DNA of 32,000 nt from Pseudodesulfovibrio mercurii (GTDB taxonomy: Bacteria; Desulfobacterota; Desulfovibrionia; Desulfovibrionales; Desulfovibrionaceae): assembly GCF_000189295.2 (NCBI RefSeq), contig NC_016803.1:60001-92000 (forward strand), read 5' to 3'. Positions 7,390-18,316 of the stretch are shown here, piece by piece. The position numbers and the translations under genes were made by a program. Below the pieces are notes generated by a model. That model saw nothing but the letters and a program-made list of their open reading frames with translations. It was not told the origin of the DNA and searched no databases. Position 1 is the stretch's first letter. Each line of letters starts with the position of its first letter.

Positions 7390-8793
7390 ATGCATTTATG
7401 CTACGATGACATACGGGAACCCCTGTGGCGGGCGGTCCGGCTGTTGCTGGCCGCGGCCTGCCTGGCCGCGCTGCTGTCCTGCGTGCGGGCCGGGACGGTC
7501 CGGACCTCCGGTGCGGGGCCCGTGGAGGCCCGTGCCGTGGCTGCGGACGCCGCCGTTGTCGATGATGCCGCCGCTGCGGCGGATGATGAGGTCGCCGATG
7601 TCCCCGATGCGGCCGAGGGCACCTGCCTGTACCGCGCGGAGGCGGTGGGGCGGCTGACGCTCCGGCCCGTGCGCGAACCCGCGACCATCCCGGCCTGCGA
7701 CATGTTCTTCCCCCTGTCCAACGTGGAGGGCGCGCAGAACATGGCCCGGCTGGACATCCGGAGTCAGGGGCTCGACTCCTGGCGGGCCCTGGAGAGCCCG
7801 GTCCAGCGCAGCCTGGAGTACGCCCTGAACATGCCCGCCGACGAGCCCGCCCTGGCCCGGCCCGGCATGTCCCTGACCTGGGGCCAGGTGGTCCGCTCGC
7901 TGACCGAATTTCTCGACCTCCTGCCCCACCTGGACGCGGACCCGGACCTGCTGGCCGAGCGGTTCGTCTGGTTCGGCATGCGCCAGAAGCCGCTCATGAC
8001 CGGCTATTACACCCCGGAGATCGAGGCCAGCCTGGAAAAGCGACCCGGCTACGAATTTCCCATCTACGGCGTGCCCGAGGACCTGCGCTACGGCCCGGTG
8101 CGCGGCAGCAACCGGTTCTACCGCGTGGAAAAGGGGCGGGTCCTGCCCTACTGGAAGCGGGGCGAGGTGGACGTGGACAAGGTCCTGGCCGGGCGCGGGC
8201 TCGAGATCGCCTGGGCCAAGGACCCGGTGGACGTCTTCTACATGCAGGTGGAAGGGTGCGGACGGCTGCGGCTGCCCGACGGGACCACCCGCAACGTGCT
8301 CTACGGGGCCAAGAACGGCCACGGGTTCCGCTCCCTGGGACGCATCCTCAACGCTCGCGGACTCTTGCCCAGGGAACACCTGGCCAAAGAGGACGTGAAG
8401 GAATATTTCGCCAAGCATCCCGAACGGATGTTCGAGCTCATGGCCGAAAACCGAAGCTACGTGTTCTTCCGCCTGGAGGACTCGCCGCCCGAGGGGACCA
8501 TAGGAAAGCCGTTGACGCCGATGGTTTCACTGGCTACAGACCGTAAGCTCCTGCCGCTCGGCAGCCTGCTGGCCTTCGAGGCCGAGATTCCCGAGGCACG
8601 GGACGGCCGCGCCACCGGCAAGCGCAAGGTCGCGGGCATCGGCCTGGCCCAGGACACGGGCACGGCCATCCAGGGTCCCCACGTGGACTACTACATCGGC
8701 GAGGGCAACGCGGTGGCGCCCATCGCCAGCAACATCAAGACCGAGGCCACCGTCTACCTGCTCATAAGCAAAGAAGCATTGATCAATGGCTGA
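7390..8793 (+). CDS. mltA: Membrane-bound lytic murein transglycosylase A (MltA family), probable lipoprotein
   Basis: A possible lipobox is LLSC near the N-terminus. MltA-type segments are GYYTPEIEASL, VDVFYMQVEGCGRLRLPDGT, YVFFR, LATDRKLLPLGSLL and GLAQDTGTAIQGPHVDYYIGEG (3D domain). Confidence 0.85.
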   Translation: MHLCYDDIREPLWRAVRLLLAAACLAALLSCVRAGTVRTSGAGPVEARAVAADAAVVDDAAAAADDEVADVPDAAEGTCLYRAEAVGRLTLRPVREPATIPACDMFFPLSNVEGAQNMARLDIRSQGLDSWRALESPVQRSLEYALNMPADEPALARPGMSLTWGQVVRSLTEFLDLLPHLDADPDLLAERFVWFGMRQKPLMTGYYTPEIEASLEKRPGYEFPIYGVPEDLRYGPVRGSNRFYRVEKGRVLPYWKRGEVDVDKVLAGRGLEIAWAKDPVDVFYMQVEGCGRLRLPDGTTRNVLYGAKNGHGFRSLGRILNARGLLPREHLAKEDVKEYFAKHPERMFELMAENRSYVFFRLEDSPPEGTIGKPLTPMVSLATDRKLLPLGSLLAFEAEIPEARDGRATGKRKVAGIGLAQDTGTAIQGPHVDYYIGEGNAVAPIASNIKTEATVYLLISKEALING

Positions 8794-9430
8794 CATCACA
8801 CACGATTCCATCAAGAATACCCTTCGGGACGCCGTGGCCCATCAGATCCGGTCCGTCATGGACTGGCACTACGGCGAACCCGTGTACGAGGGCGATCCCG
8901 CCGACGACCTGGCCGGATTGCAGGGACTGCGCGAGCTGGTGGCCCGCCAGCACTGGGCCAACTTCCAGCTCTGGCACGTGGAGGACCGCGCCCGGCGCAA
9001 GGACGTGGACCCGAGGGTCATCGCGGACTGCAAATACGCCATCGACAAGCTCAACCAGAAGCGCAACGACCTCATCGAACGGGTGGACGCGTGCCTGATC
9101 GCCATGATGGGACCGCTTTTGCCCGAGGATACCTCGGAGAGATACAACACCGAGACCGTGGGCGCGGCCCTGGACCGGCTGTCCATCCAGGCGCTCAAGA
9201 TCTACCATATGAAGGAGCAGTGCGCGCGCAAGGACGTGGACGAGAAGCACATCCAGCAGTGCGACGACAAGGTCGGCGTGCTCAAGCGCCAGCACAACGA
9301 TCTGGAACGGGCCATCCTGGAACTGATCGACGAGTATTTCGCCGGGTCCAAGAAGCCCAAGGTCTACTTCCAGTTCAAGATGTACAACGACCCCAAGCTC
9401 AACCCGGAACTCTACGGAAACAAGAAATAG
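8786..9430 (+). CDS. Hypothetical protein, DUF4254-like
   Basis: 214 aa. It overlaps the mltA stop by 8 nt and ends 10 nt before gatB. The helical segment [16 protein letters not shown]...[16 protein letters not shown] resembles DUF4254 as I recall it. Confidence 0.65.
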   Translation: MADITHDSIKNTLRDAVAHQIRSVMDWHYGEPVYEGDPADDLAGLQGLRELVARQHWANFQLWHVEDRARRKDVDPRVIADCKYAIDKLNQKRNDLIERVDACLIAMMGPLLPEDTSERYNTETVGAALDRLSIQALKIYHMKEQCARKDVDEKHIQQCDDKVGVLKRQHNDLERAILELIDEYFAGSKKPKVYFQFKMYNDPKLNPELYGNKK

Positions 9431-9440
9431 GGGAGCCCCC

Positions 9441-10874
<1,434 letters not shown>

Positions 10875-10880
10875 GGAAGA

Positions 10881-11139
10881 CCGGGGGAAAATTTTTGAAA
10901 AAGTTTTCCCCCGGACCCCCTTTCCAAACTTTTTGTCGCCACGCCGCCAGGGAGTTTATAGGGGAAAGTCCATTCCTCTAGGCGGCGTGGGGGTGCGTTT
11001 CCGTACTCTATTTTTATAGACGGAGAGTGGTGCCCGCACCATTCGGTGCCAACGAGGCGTCCCGATGACCCTCGCTTGACCCGCGCCGCGACAAAAAGTT
11101 TTGGAGGGTCCAGGGAACCTTTTTCAAAAGGTTCCCTGG
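10881..11139. repeat. MITE/REP-like element: two diverged ~55-bp repeat units in inverted orientation flanking a ~148-bp core
   Basis: The left arm (10881-10939) is the hairpin CCGGGGGAAAA-N12-TTTTCCCCCGG followed by ACCCCCTTTCCAAACTTTTTGTCGC. The right arm (11088-11139) is GCGACAAAAAGTTTTGGAGGGT followed by the hairpin CCAGGGAACCTTTT-TC-AAAAGGTTCCCTGG. The arms are reverse complements with a few indels. Confidence 0.55.
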
Positions 11140-11158
11140 CCGCCGGAGGCAACCAACG

Positions 11159-12199
11159 ATGACCGATCACATTCAGTATTCCCCCGAGAAGGACGCCCTG
11201 ATCCTGCTCGACCAGCGCTACCTGCCCAACCGGGAGGAGTGGTTCGAGTGCCGGACCACGGACGACATCTGTTACGCCCTGGTGGTTATGGTGGTGCGCG
11301 GCGCGCCCGCCATCGGCGTGACCGCGGCCTACGGCTGCTATCTGGCGGGCCGCGAGGTGCAGGGCATGGACGGCGACTGGAAGGCGAACCTGTCGGCCAA
11401 GCTGGACCAGATTCACGACGCGAGGCCCACGGCGGTGAACCTGCGCTGGGCCGTGCGCGAGATGCGCCGCATCTGGGACGAGGCGGGCGACGTGTCCCTG
11501 GACGAGTTGCTGGCCCTGTGGCTCAAGCGCGCCAGGGAGATACAGGCGGACGACATCGAGATGTGCGAGCTGATCGGCCGGTTCGGCGGCGCGCTCATCG
11601 ACGACGGCGACACGGTCATGACCCACTGCAACGCGGGGGCCCTGGCCACGGCCGGATACGGCACGGCCCTCGGGGTCATCCGGGGGGCCATCGACCAGGG
11701 CAAGAAGGTCTCGGTCATCGCCAACGAGACGCGGCCGTTCCTGCAGGGCGCGCGACTGACCGCATACGAACTGCACAAGGACGGCATTCCGGTCAAAGTG
11801 GCCTGCGACAACGCCTGCGCCCTGCTGATGAAGCGCGGCCTGGTGGACAAGGTGGTGGTCGGTGCGGACCGGATCACGGCCAACGGCGACGCGGTCAACA
11901 AGATCGGCACCTTCGGGGTGGCCATCATCGCCAAACGGTTCAACATTCCCTTTTACGTGGCCGCGCCGGTCTACACCATCGACCCGGAGACGCCCACCGG
12001 CGACGACGTGCCCATCGAGGACCGCGACCCGCGCGAGGTGACGCATATCGGCGACCACCGCATCCCGCCCGAGGGGGTGGAGGTCTACAACCTGGCCTTC
12101 GACCCCACGCCCAACGAGCTGATCACGGGCATCATCACCGAGAAGGGCGTGCTCTATCCGCCCTACGACCTTGCCATCAGGAAGCTGTTCAGCCTGTAA
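11159..12199 (+). CDS. mtnA: S-methyl-5-thioribose-1-phosphate isomerase
   Basis: [32 protein letters not shown] and [17 protein letters not shown] are present. GGAGG lies 9 nt upstream. Confidence 0.9.
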   Translation: MTDHIQYSPEKDALILLDQRYLPNREEWFECRTTDDICYALVVMVVRGAPAIGVTAAYGCYLAGREVQGMDGDWKANLSAKLDQIHDARPTAVNLRWAVREMRRIWDEAGDVSLDELLALWLKRAREIQADDIEMCELIGRFGGALIDDGDTVMTHCNAGALATAGYGTALGVIRGAIDQGKKVSVIANETRPFLQGARLTAYELHKDGIPVKVACDNACALLMKRGLVDKVVVGADRITANGDAVNKIGTFGVAIIAKRFNIPFYVAAPVYTIDPETPTGDDVPIEDRDPREVTHIGDHRIPPEGVEVYNLAFDPTPNELITGIITEKGVLYPPYDLAIRKLFSL

Positions 12200-12436
12200 C
12201 TCCTGTCCGGGTATGTTTCGGGGCGAAGCCGGGTTGCGGTTTTCCCCGTTTCGTTTCGGGACCGGTCGGGCCATCCGGCCGAGCGGGGGCATCGAGGACA
12301 TGGCGGCCGGGGAACGGACCCCTCCCGGAACAATGGACTCGACTTTCGAATGAAGATAAGATAACCCCGCGCTTCCCGCCACTGGGGAGTGCTGGGTCCC
12401 GATTTTTCAACGCGCATCAACCATCCGGAGCCGAAC

Positions 12437-13954
12437 ATGCTGCCGATCGTCGCCCTGGTGGGCCGCCCCAACGTGGGCAAATCCACCCTCTTCAACCGCC
12501 TGCTCAGGAAGTCGCGGTCCATCACCCACGACTTGCCGGGGGTGACGCGCGACCGCATCTACGGCGAGTGCATCATGGGCGAGACCCGCTTCGACCTCGT
12601 GGACACCGGGGGCATGGTCCTGGAATCCGAGGCCACGCCCGAGTTGTCCAAGGACTTCGAGGACGAGATCTTCGAGCAGGCCCAGGAGGCCATCAACGAG
12701 GCCAACGCCATCGTCTTCGTGGTGGACGGCAAGGAGGGGCTGACCCCGCTGGACCGCCAGGCCGCCGAATTCGTGCGCCGCTCGGGCAAGCCGGTGCTCA
12801 TGCTCATCAACAAGGTGGACGGCAGCGAGTTCGAGGCCCACATGACCGCCGAGTTCCACGAGCTGGGCATCGAGTTCCTGCCCGTGTCCGCGGCTCACGG
12901 CTATAACCTGCACGAGGTCCGCGACCGGGTCCGGCGGTTCGTCGAGGACCTGGGCATTCCGGTCGAGGAGGACGACGGGGTGGAGAAGGGGCTTCGGCTG
13001 ACCATGCTCGGCCGTCCCAACGCGGGCAAGTCCTCAATCATCAACGCCCTCATCGGCAAGGACCGGCTGATCGTCTCGGATGTGGCCGGGACCACCCGCG
13101 ATTCCATCGACGTGACCTTCGAGAAGGGGGGCAAGCGCTACACCTTCGTGGACACGGCGGGCGTGCGCAAGCGGGCCAACATCCAGGACCACCTGGAGAA
13201 GATCAGCGTCATCCGGGCGCTCAAGAACTCCAAGCGGTCCGACGTGACCGTCCTGACCATCGACATCACGCTGGGCGTGGGGCGGCAGGACAAGCGGCTC
13301 ATCGAATTTTTGGCCAAGGAGAAGACCCCGTTCATGGTGGTCGTGAACAAGGCGGACCTCATCCCCAGGAGCGAGACCAACCGCGCCCTGGAGGCCTTCC
13401 GCGAGGAACTGCGCCTGGTCCCGCACGTGCCCGTGGTCATGACCAGCGCGGTCAAGGGACTGGGCATCGGCAAGCTCCTGCCCCTGGCCGAGACCATGCG
13501 CAAGGAGTGCGACATCCGCGTGGGCACCGGCGAGCTGAACCGGATCATGCAGGCCGTGGTCGAGAAACTCCAGCCCCCGGTGGTCAAGCGCAAGCGGCCC
13601 AAGTTCTACTACGTGACCCAGGCGGACGAGCCCATCCCGACCTTCGTCTTCTTCTGCAACGACCACACCATCGTCAAGACGTCCTACGTGCGCTACCTGG
13701 AGAACCAGTTCCGCAAGATGCTCGGCATCAAGTCCGCGCCGGTCAACGTGGTCTTCCGCTCCAGCCACGACAAGAAGGAGTGGGAAAAGGCGCGCGGCAT
13801 CTCGGCGCTGGGCAAGCGCGGTCCTGGCCGCGAGCGCATCGGCGGGGCCAAGACGCGCCGCCACGAGGAGAAATACAAGGCGCTCAAGAGCAAGCGCCGC
13901 CGCGAGGAAAAGGCGGCCGACGAGCAGGCCGGGACCCGGAAAAAGGGCAAATAG
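12437..13954 (+). CDS. der: Ribosome-associated GTPase Der (EngA) with a basic C-terminal tail
   Basis: The start is the ATG at 12437 (GGAG upstream), giving MLPIVALVGRPNVGKSTLFNRL. There are two G domains (GRPNVGKST/DTGG/NKVD and GRPNAGKSS/DTAG/NKAD) and a KH-like C-terminal domain. Confidence 0.95.
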   Translation: MLPIVALVGRPNVGKSTLFNRLLRKSRSITHDLPGVTRDRIYGECIMGETRFDLVDTGGMVLESEATPELSKDFEDEIFEQAQEAINEANAIVFVVDGKEGLTPLDRQAAEFVRRSGKPVLMLINKVDGSEFEAHMTAEFHELGIEFLPVSAAHGYNLHEVRDRVRRFVEDLGIPVEEDDGVEKGLRLTMLGRPNAGKSSIINALIGKDRLIVSDVAGTTRDSIDVTFEKGGKRYTFVDTAGVRKRANIQDHLEKISVIRALKNSKRSDVTVLTIDITLGVGRQDKRLIEFLAKEKTPFMVVVNKADLIPRSETNRALEAFREELRLVPHVPVVMTSAVKGLGIGKLLPLAETMRKECDIRVGTGELNRIMQAVVEKLQPPVVKRKRPKFYYVTQADEPIPTFVFFCNDHTIVKTSYVRYLENQFRKMLGIKSAPVNVVFRSSHDKKEWEKARGISALGKRGPGRERIGGAKTRRHEEKYKALKSKRRREEKAADEQAGTRKKGK

Positions 13955-14042
13955 GGCGTCCCGTTGTTGACAATTTGCGCGGGAAAAGTGTAGACGGACT
14001 TTCCTCAATGCGCACGGCACGTTCTCGTGCGCGCTGAGAACG

Positions 14043-14136
14043 GGAGAAGTGGCCGAGCTGGCTGAAGGCGCACGCCTGCTAAGCGTGTTATGGGTGTAAA
14101 GCTCATACGAGGGTTCAAATCCCTCCTTCTCCGCCA
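14043..14136 (+). tRNA. tRNA-Ser (anticodon GCU), CCA encoded
   Basis: Acceptor stem GGAGAAG/CTTCTCC; anticodon stem-loop CACGC-CTGCTAA-GCGTG; long variable arm; T arm GAGGG-TTCAAAT-CCCTC. Confidence 0.95.
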
Positions 14137-14142
14137 GAAATC

Positions 14143-14178
14143 AAGGGCTTACGATGCGAATCGTAAGCCCTTTTCCTT
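14143..14178 (+). terminator. Rho-independent terminator after tRNA-Ser(GCU)
   Basis: Perfect 12-bp stem AAGGGCTTACGA / TCGTAAGCCCTT, 6-nt loop, then a T-rich tail TTCCTTTG. Confidence 0.7.
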
Positions 14179-14309
14179 TGCCGGGAACGCCCTGCGCATC
14201 CCCGCCGTGCACCCGGACGGCCGGTTTTTCCGCGTCTTTTCCTCTCCAGAGTCCGCACCTCCACACCGCCTCCGGCCGGTCCCGGACATTTCTTTTGTGT
14301 GGCGAGTCG

Positions 14310-15422
14310 TCAATATATTCGGTTGCGGAACATGACCACGGCCAGGGCCATGCAGGCCAGGCCGATGAGGGCCAGGGGCCAGACCTGCATGAGCAGCACG
14401 TAGGTCGGCGAGTTTTCGATGAACACGCCCCGGATCAGGACCAGGACGTAGCGCAGGGGGTTGATGAGGGTGATCCACTGGACCACGGTGGCCATGTTGG
14501 CGATGGGCGTGGCGAAGCCGGACAGGAGCACGGCGGGCATGAGGAACAGGAAAGAGCCGAGCAGGGCCTGCTGCATGGTCACGCTCAGGGACGAGATCAT
14601 CAGCCCAACGCCCACGGCCGCAAAGATGAAGAAGAACAGCCCCAGGTAGAGCAGCCCGACATTGCCGCGCAGGGGCACCTCGAACCAATAGACCGCGGCC
14701 AGCAGGATCAGGGTGGCCTCGGACAGGCCGATGATCAGGCCCGGCGCGGCCTTGCCGATGAGGATGCCGATGGGGGAGAGCGGCGTGACCAGCAACTGGT
14801 CGAAGGTCCCGTGCTCCCGTTCGCGGGCCACGGACAGGGCGGTGACCAGCAGGGTCACGACCATGGCGATGAGCCCGACGATGCCGGGCACGAAGAAGTC
14901 CCGGCTGAGCGCGTTCTCGTTGTAGTAGATGCGCGAGACCAGGATGGACGGGCTGGCCCGGCCCGCCCTTTGCAACCGCAGGGCGTTGTACCGGCTGACC
15001 ACATTGCCCAGGTAGTTGCCGATGATTCCGGCGGTGTTGGAGTTGCGTCCATCCAGCAGGGCCTGGACCGGGGCGTCGCGGCCCGCCCGCAGGTCGCGGG
15101 CGAAGGTCTGCCCGATGCGCAGGACGAAGCCCACCTTGCGGCTGTCGATGATCTCGCGGATGGCCTCCTCGCCCCGGACCTCGCCCACCAGGCGGAAATA
15201 GGGCGATCCGGACAGCCCGGAGAGGAGTTCGCGGGACTCCACGGACCGGCTCAGGTCCTCGTAGGCGTAGGGGATGTTGGTCAGGTCGAAGGTGGCCGCG
15301 TAGCCGAACAGGACCAGCTGGATGAGCGGCGGCCCGATGACCACGGTGCGGCTCTTGGGGTCCTTGAACAGGGTCAGGAATTCCTTGATGATCAGGGCGA
15401 TGACGCGGCGGACGCTTTCCAT
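14310..15422 (-). CDS. ABC-2 type transporter permease (YbhR-like)
   Basis: 370 aa. N-terminal cytoplasmic segment IALIIKEFLTLFKDPKSR, a large periplasmic loop, then 5 further hydrophobic helices. It is the last gene of the marR-hlyD-ABC operon. Confidence 0.85.
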   Translation of the reverse strand: MESVRRVIALIIKEFLTLFKDPKSRTVVIGPPLIQLVLFGYAATFDLTNIPYAYEDLSRSVESRELLSGLSGSPYFRLVGEVRGEEAIREIIDSRKVGFVLRIGQTFARDLRAGRDAPVQALLDGRNSNTAGIIGNYLGNVVSRYNALRLQRAGRASPSILVSRIYYNENALSRDFFVPGIVGLIAMVVTLLVTALSVAREREHGTFDQLLVTPLSPIGILIGKAAPGLIIGLSEATLILLAAVYWFEVPLRGNVGLLYLGLFFFIFAAVGVGLMISSLSVTMQQALLGSFLFLMPAVLLSGFATPIANMATVVQWITLINPLRYVLVLIRGVFIENSPTYVLLMQVWPLALIGLACMALAVVMFRNRIY

Positions 15423-15426
15423 GGGG

Positions 15427-16566
15427 CTACTCCAGGCTCTTGCGTGTCTTGCGGAAGGCCAGGGTCATGAAGACCAGGGCCAGGACGGCCATGCCCGCCA
15501 GGTTGGGCAGCAGGACCGAGGTCACGTTGCCCGCCAGGAACAGCGTCTGGACGATGTTGACGAAGTATTTGGCCGGGACGATGTAGGAGAGCACCTGGAT
15601 GAACAGGGGGGTGCTGGCCAGCTCGAAGATGAACCCGGACAGGAAGAAGGACGGCAGGAAGGCGGCCAGCAGGGCGATCTGCCCGGCCACGAACTGGTTT
15701 TTGGCCGTGGAGGAGATGAACAGCCCGAGGCCCAGGGTGCCGACCATGAACACGCCGCCGAGGACCAGGAGCAGGACCAGGGAGCCCCGGAACGGGACGT
15801 GGAACAGGAACACGGCCATGACGATGCACAGGACCAGGCCGCCCATGCCGAGCAGGAAATAGGGGATCAGCTTGCCCAGGACGATTTCGAGGCGGCTGAC
15901 CGGGGTGACCAGCAACGCCTCCATGGTCCCCCGCTCCCATTCCCTGGCCATGACCATGGCGGTCAGCAGGGTGCCGATCAGGGTCATGATGATGGCCATG
16001 AGGCCGGGCACCAGGAAGTTCTCGCTGCGGATGGCCTCATTGAACCAGATGCGCTGTTGCAGGTCCACCAGACCCACCGGCGTCTGCGCCTGCGCCCCCG
16101 GCAGGGTCTTCTGGACCTCGGCCAGCCAGCCGCGCCAGGTCATGGTCACGTAGCCGAGGATCTGCAGGGCGCGGTTGGAGTCCACCCCGTTGACGATGAG
16201 CTGCACCGGGGCCTGGCCGCCGGTCATCAGGCGGCGGGTGAAGTCCGTCTGCAACCGGATGACCGCGTCCACCTTCCGGTCCAGGAGCAGCTGCCGCGCC
16301 TCGGGCCAGGAGGTCATGGGCACGGGGTCGAAATAGTCGGAGTGGAGGAAGCGGGCCAGCAGGGTGGAGCCGGTGGGGTCGGGCTTGTCCATGACGAAGG
16401 CCACGGGCAGTTCCTTGGGGTCCAGGCTGATGCCGTAGCCGAAGAGCAGGAGCATGACGATGGGGATGAAGAAGGCCAGGGCGATGCTCGACGGGTCGCG
16501 GATGATCTGGAGCCATTCCTTGACCAGCAGGGCGCGCAGGCGGATGAAATCGAGTCGGCTATGCAC
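15427..16566 (-). CDS. ABC-2 type transporter permease (YbhS-like)
   Basis: The start is GTG 16566 (GGAGG 7 nt upstream), 2 nt after the ATPase stop. LRALLVKEWLQIIRDPSS and multiple TM helices are present. The track's 777-aa ORF is an artefactual upstream extension. Confidence 0.85.
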   Translation of the reverse strand: MHSRLDFIRLRALLVKEWLQIIRDPSSIALAFFIPIVMLLLFGYGISLDPKELPVAFVMDKPDPTGSTLLARFLHSDYFDPVPMTSWPEARQLLLDRKVDAVIRLQTDFTRRLMTGGQAPVQLIVNGVDSNRALQILGYVTMTWRGWLAEVQKTLPGAQAQTPVGLVDLQQRIWFNEAIRSENFLVPGLMAIIMTLIGTLLTAMVMAREWERGTMEALLVTPVSRLEIVLGKLIPYFLLGMGGLVLCIVMAVFLFHVPFRGSLVLLLVLGGVFMVGTLGLGLFISSTAKNQFVAGQIALLAAFLPSFFLSGFIFELASTPLFIQVLSYIVPAKYFVNIVQTLFLAGNVTSVLLPNLAGMAVLALVFMTLAFRKTRKSLE

Positions 16567-16568
16567 GG

Positions 16569-18308
16569 TCAGGCCTCCTTTTGCCGCGCCCGGTGTTCCT
16601 CGACGAGGGCGATGAACGCCTCCTCGATGGTCGCGTCGCCGTCCTTGCCGGCGTATTTGCGGATCTCGTCGGGGGTGCCCTGGGCCAGCAGCTCCCCGGC
16701 CATCATGATCAGCATGCGGTCGCAGTACTCGGCCTCCTCCATGAAGTGGGTGGTGACCACCACGGTCACGCCCTGCTCGGCCAGGGAGTTGATCCGGGCC
16801 CAGAACTGCCGCCGGGCCAGGGGATCGACCCCGGAGGTGGGCTCGTCCAGGAAGAGGATGTCGGGCTCGTGCATCAGGGCGCAGGCCAGGGACAGGCGTT
16901 GGCGGAAGCCGAAGGGCAGCTCCCCGGACGTGGCGTCGGCCTCGTTCGCCAGGTCCAGTTCCTGGAGTGCCCACTGCACGCGCTCCTCGCGGCGGGGGCC
17001 GGACAACCCGTAGACCTTGCTGAAGAAATCGAGATTCTCGCGGACGGAGAGCTGGCCGTACAGGGAGAACTTCTGGGCCATGTAGCCCAGGTTCTTGCGG
17101 GCCTTGGCCGCGGCCCGGCGCAGGTTCAGGCCGCCCACCTCCAGGGTCCCGCCCGTGGCGGGCAGCAGGCCGCAGAGCATGCGGAAGGTGGTGGACTTGC
17201 CCGCCCCGTTGGGTCCGAGCAGCCCGAAAATCTCCCCGCGTTTGACGGAAAATTCCAAGCCCTTGACCGCGTAGAAGTCGCCGAAGCGCCGCTCCAGGCC
17301 GGTCACCCGGATGGCCGTGCCGTCGCCGCGTCCGTGGACCGCCGAGACGTTCAGGGCCGGGGCCTCGGCCTCGGCGTCCCGGTTGAGCAGGAGCATGAAG
17401 CCGTCCTCGAAGACCGGGGCCACGGACTTCGGGTCCAGGGCCTCGGCGTTGCTGAAAAGGGTTTCGGGCAGGGCGGTCTCGCGGGTGACCACGCGGACCC
17501 GGCCCGACTCCAGGGTGGCGTCGGCGATCTCGGGCTTGCCGAACAGGCGGCTCTGGACCACGCGCGGAGTGGTGCCGGGCGTGACCCGCCAGGTCCGGCC
17601 CTGCGCCTGGCCGATGAAGGAGTCCGGCGTGCCCTGGCCGATGAGGTCGCCGTCCTGGAGGATGAAGACCCGGTCGCAGCGCGCGGCCTCGTCCAGGTAG
17701 GCGGTGCTGACCAGCACGGTGATGTTGTCCTTGCGCACCAGGGCGTCCACGATGGACCACAGCTCGCGCCGGGACAGGGGGTCCACGCCCACGGTGGGCT
17801 CGTCCAGGAGCAGGAAGCGCGGGGTCTTGAGCAGGGAGCAGGCCAGGCCGAGCTTCTGCTTCATGCCGCCGGACAGCCGCCCGGCCAACCGCCCGGTGAA
17901 CGGGGCCAGGTTGGTCATGTCCATCAGGGCCTGGTAGCGCTCCCCGCGCACCTCGCGGCCCACGCCCTGAAGGTCCGCGTAGAGGTCCAGGTTCTCCTGC
18001 ACGGTCAGGTCCTCGTACAGGCCGAAGCGCTGGGGCATGTAGCCGATGGCCGCCTGGATGTCGCGGGCCTCTTTGACCGAGTCCATGCCGAGCACGGTCA
18101 CGGTGCCACGGTCCGGGGCCATGACGCCCGTGGCCAGGCGGATGAGCGTGGTCTTGCCCGCGCCGTCGGGCCCGAGCAGGGCGTTGACGCTGCCGGGTTC
18201 GAGGTCGAAGGAGATGCCCCGCAGGGCCTCCACCCGCCCCTTGCCCCGGGCAAAGGTCTTGTGCAGGTCCCTGACCTCCAGGGGCTTGGAACCGCCTGTT
18301 TCCGCCAT
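16569..18308 (-). CDS. ABC transporter ATP-binding protein with two fused NBDs (YbhF-like)
   Basis: The start is ATG 18308 (MAETGGSKPLEVRDL). NBD1 has GPDGAGKTT, LSGGMKQKL and LLLDEPT. NBD2 has GPNGAGKST, a degenerate signature LPFGFRQRL, and LFLDEPTSGVD. Confidence 0.9.
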   Translation of the reverse strand: MAETGGSKPLEVRDLHKTFARGKGRVEALRGISFDLEPGSVNALLGPDGAGKTTLIRLATGVMAPDRGTVTVLGMDSVKEARDIQAAIGYMPQRFGLYEDLTVQENLDLYADLQGVGREVRGERYQALMDMTNLAPFTGRLAGRLSGGMKQKLGLACSLLKTPRFLLLDEPTVGVDPLSRRELWSIVDALVRKDNITVLVSTAYLDEAARCDRVFILQDGDLIGQGTPDSFIGQAQGRTWRVTPGTTPRVVQSRLFGKPEIADATLESGRVRVVTRETALPETLFSNAEALDPKSVAPVFEDGFMLLLNRDAEAEAPALNVSAVHGRGDGTAIRVTGLERRFGDFYAVKGLEFSVKRGEIFGLLGPNGAGKSTTFRMLCGLLPATGGTLEVGGLNLRRAAAKARKNLGYMAQKFSLYGQLSVRENLDFFSKVYGLSGPRREERVQWALQELDLANEADATSGELPFGFRQRLSLACALMHEPDILFLDEPTSGVDPLARRQFWARINSLAEQGVTVVVTTHFMEEAEYCDRMLIMMAGELLAQGTPDEIRKYAGKDGDATIEEAFIALVEEHRARQKEA

Positions 18309-18316
18309 GGCCGTGT

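Noticed and set aside
5296-7395. 699-aa ORF antisense to the DUF89-like gene; also the 5347 start extension and the 451-aa ORF at 5793..7148
   Set aside because: These have shadow-ORF composition. The 5347 extension overlaps nadK out of frame and reads as low-complexity RG/PA sequence. The real start at 5605 has a ribosome-binding site.
7396-8418. 340-aa ORF antisense to mltA
   Set aside because: It has shadow-ORF composition and no motif, whereas the plus strand has clear MltA homology.
12389-12436. Upstream start for der (MLGPDFSTRINHPEPN...)
   Set aside because: The conserved Der N-terminus begins at MLPIVALVGRPNVGKS, and GGAG precedes ATG 12437.
12200-12436. 237-nt mtnA-der spacer examined for a riboswitch, small ORF or repeat
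   Set aside because: Only short GC hairpins are present. The 17-codon ORF (MAAGERTPPGTMDSTFE) has a Shine-Dalgarno sequence spaced only 1 nt from its ATG. Nothing there is supportable.
13034-14020. 328-aa ORF antisense to der
   Set aside because: It has shadow-ORF composition and is nested antisense in a strongly supported gene.
14137-14309. Genomic island or integration scar downstream of tRNA-Ser(GCU), and similarly after tRNA-Ser(UGA)
   Set aside because: There is no integrase, no direct repeat of the tRNA 3' end beyond trivial 7-mers, and no visible compositional break. The flanking genes look like ordinary chromosomal genes.
15427-17760. 777-aa minus-strand ORF
   Set aside because: Only the C-terminal 379 codons (from GTG 16566) are the permease. 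The upstream 398 codons are an out-of-frame read through the ATPase gene with R/G/P-rich nonsense.
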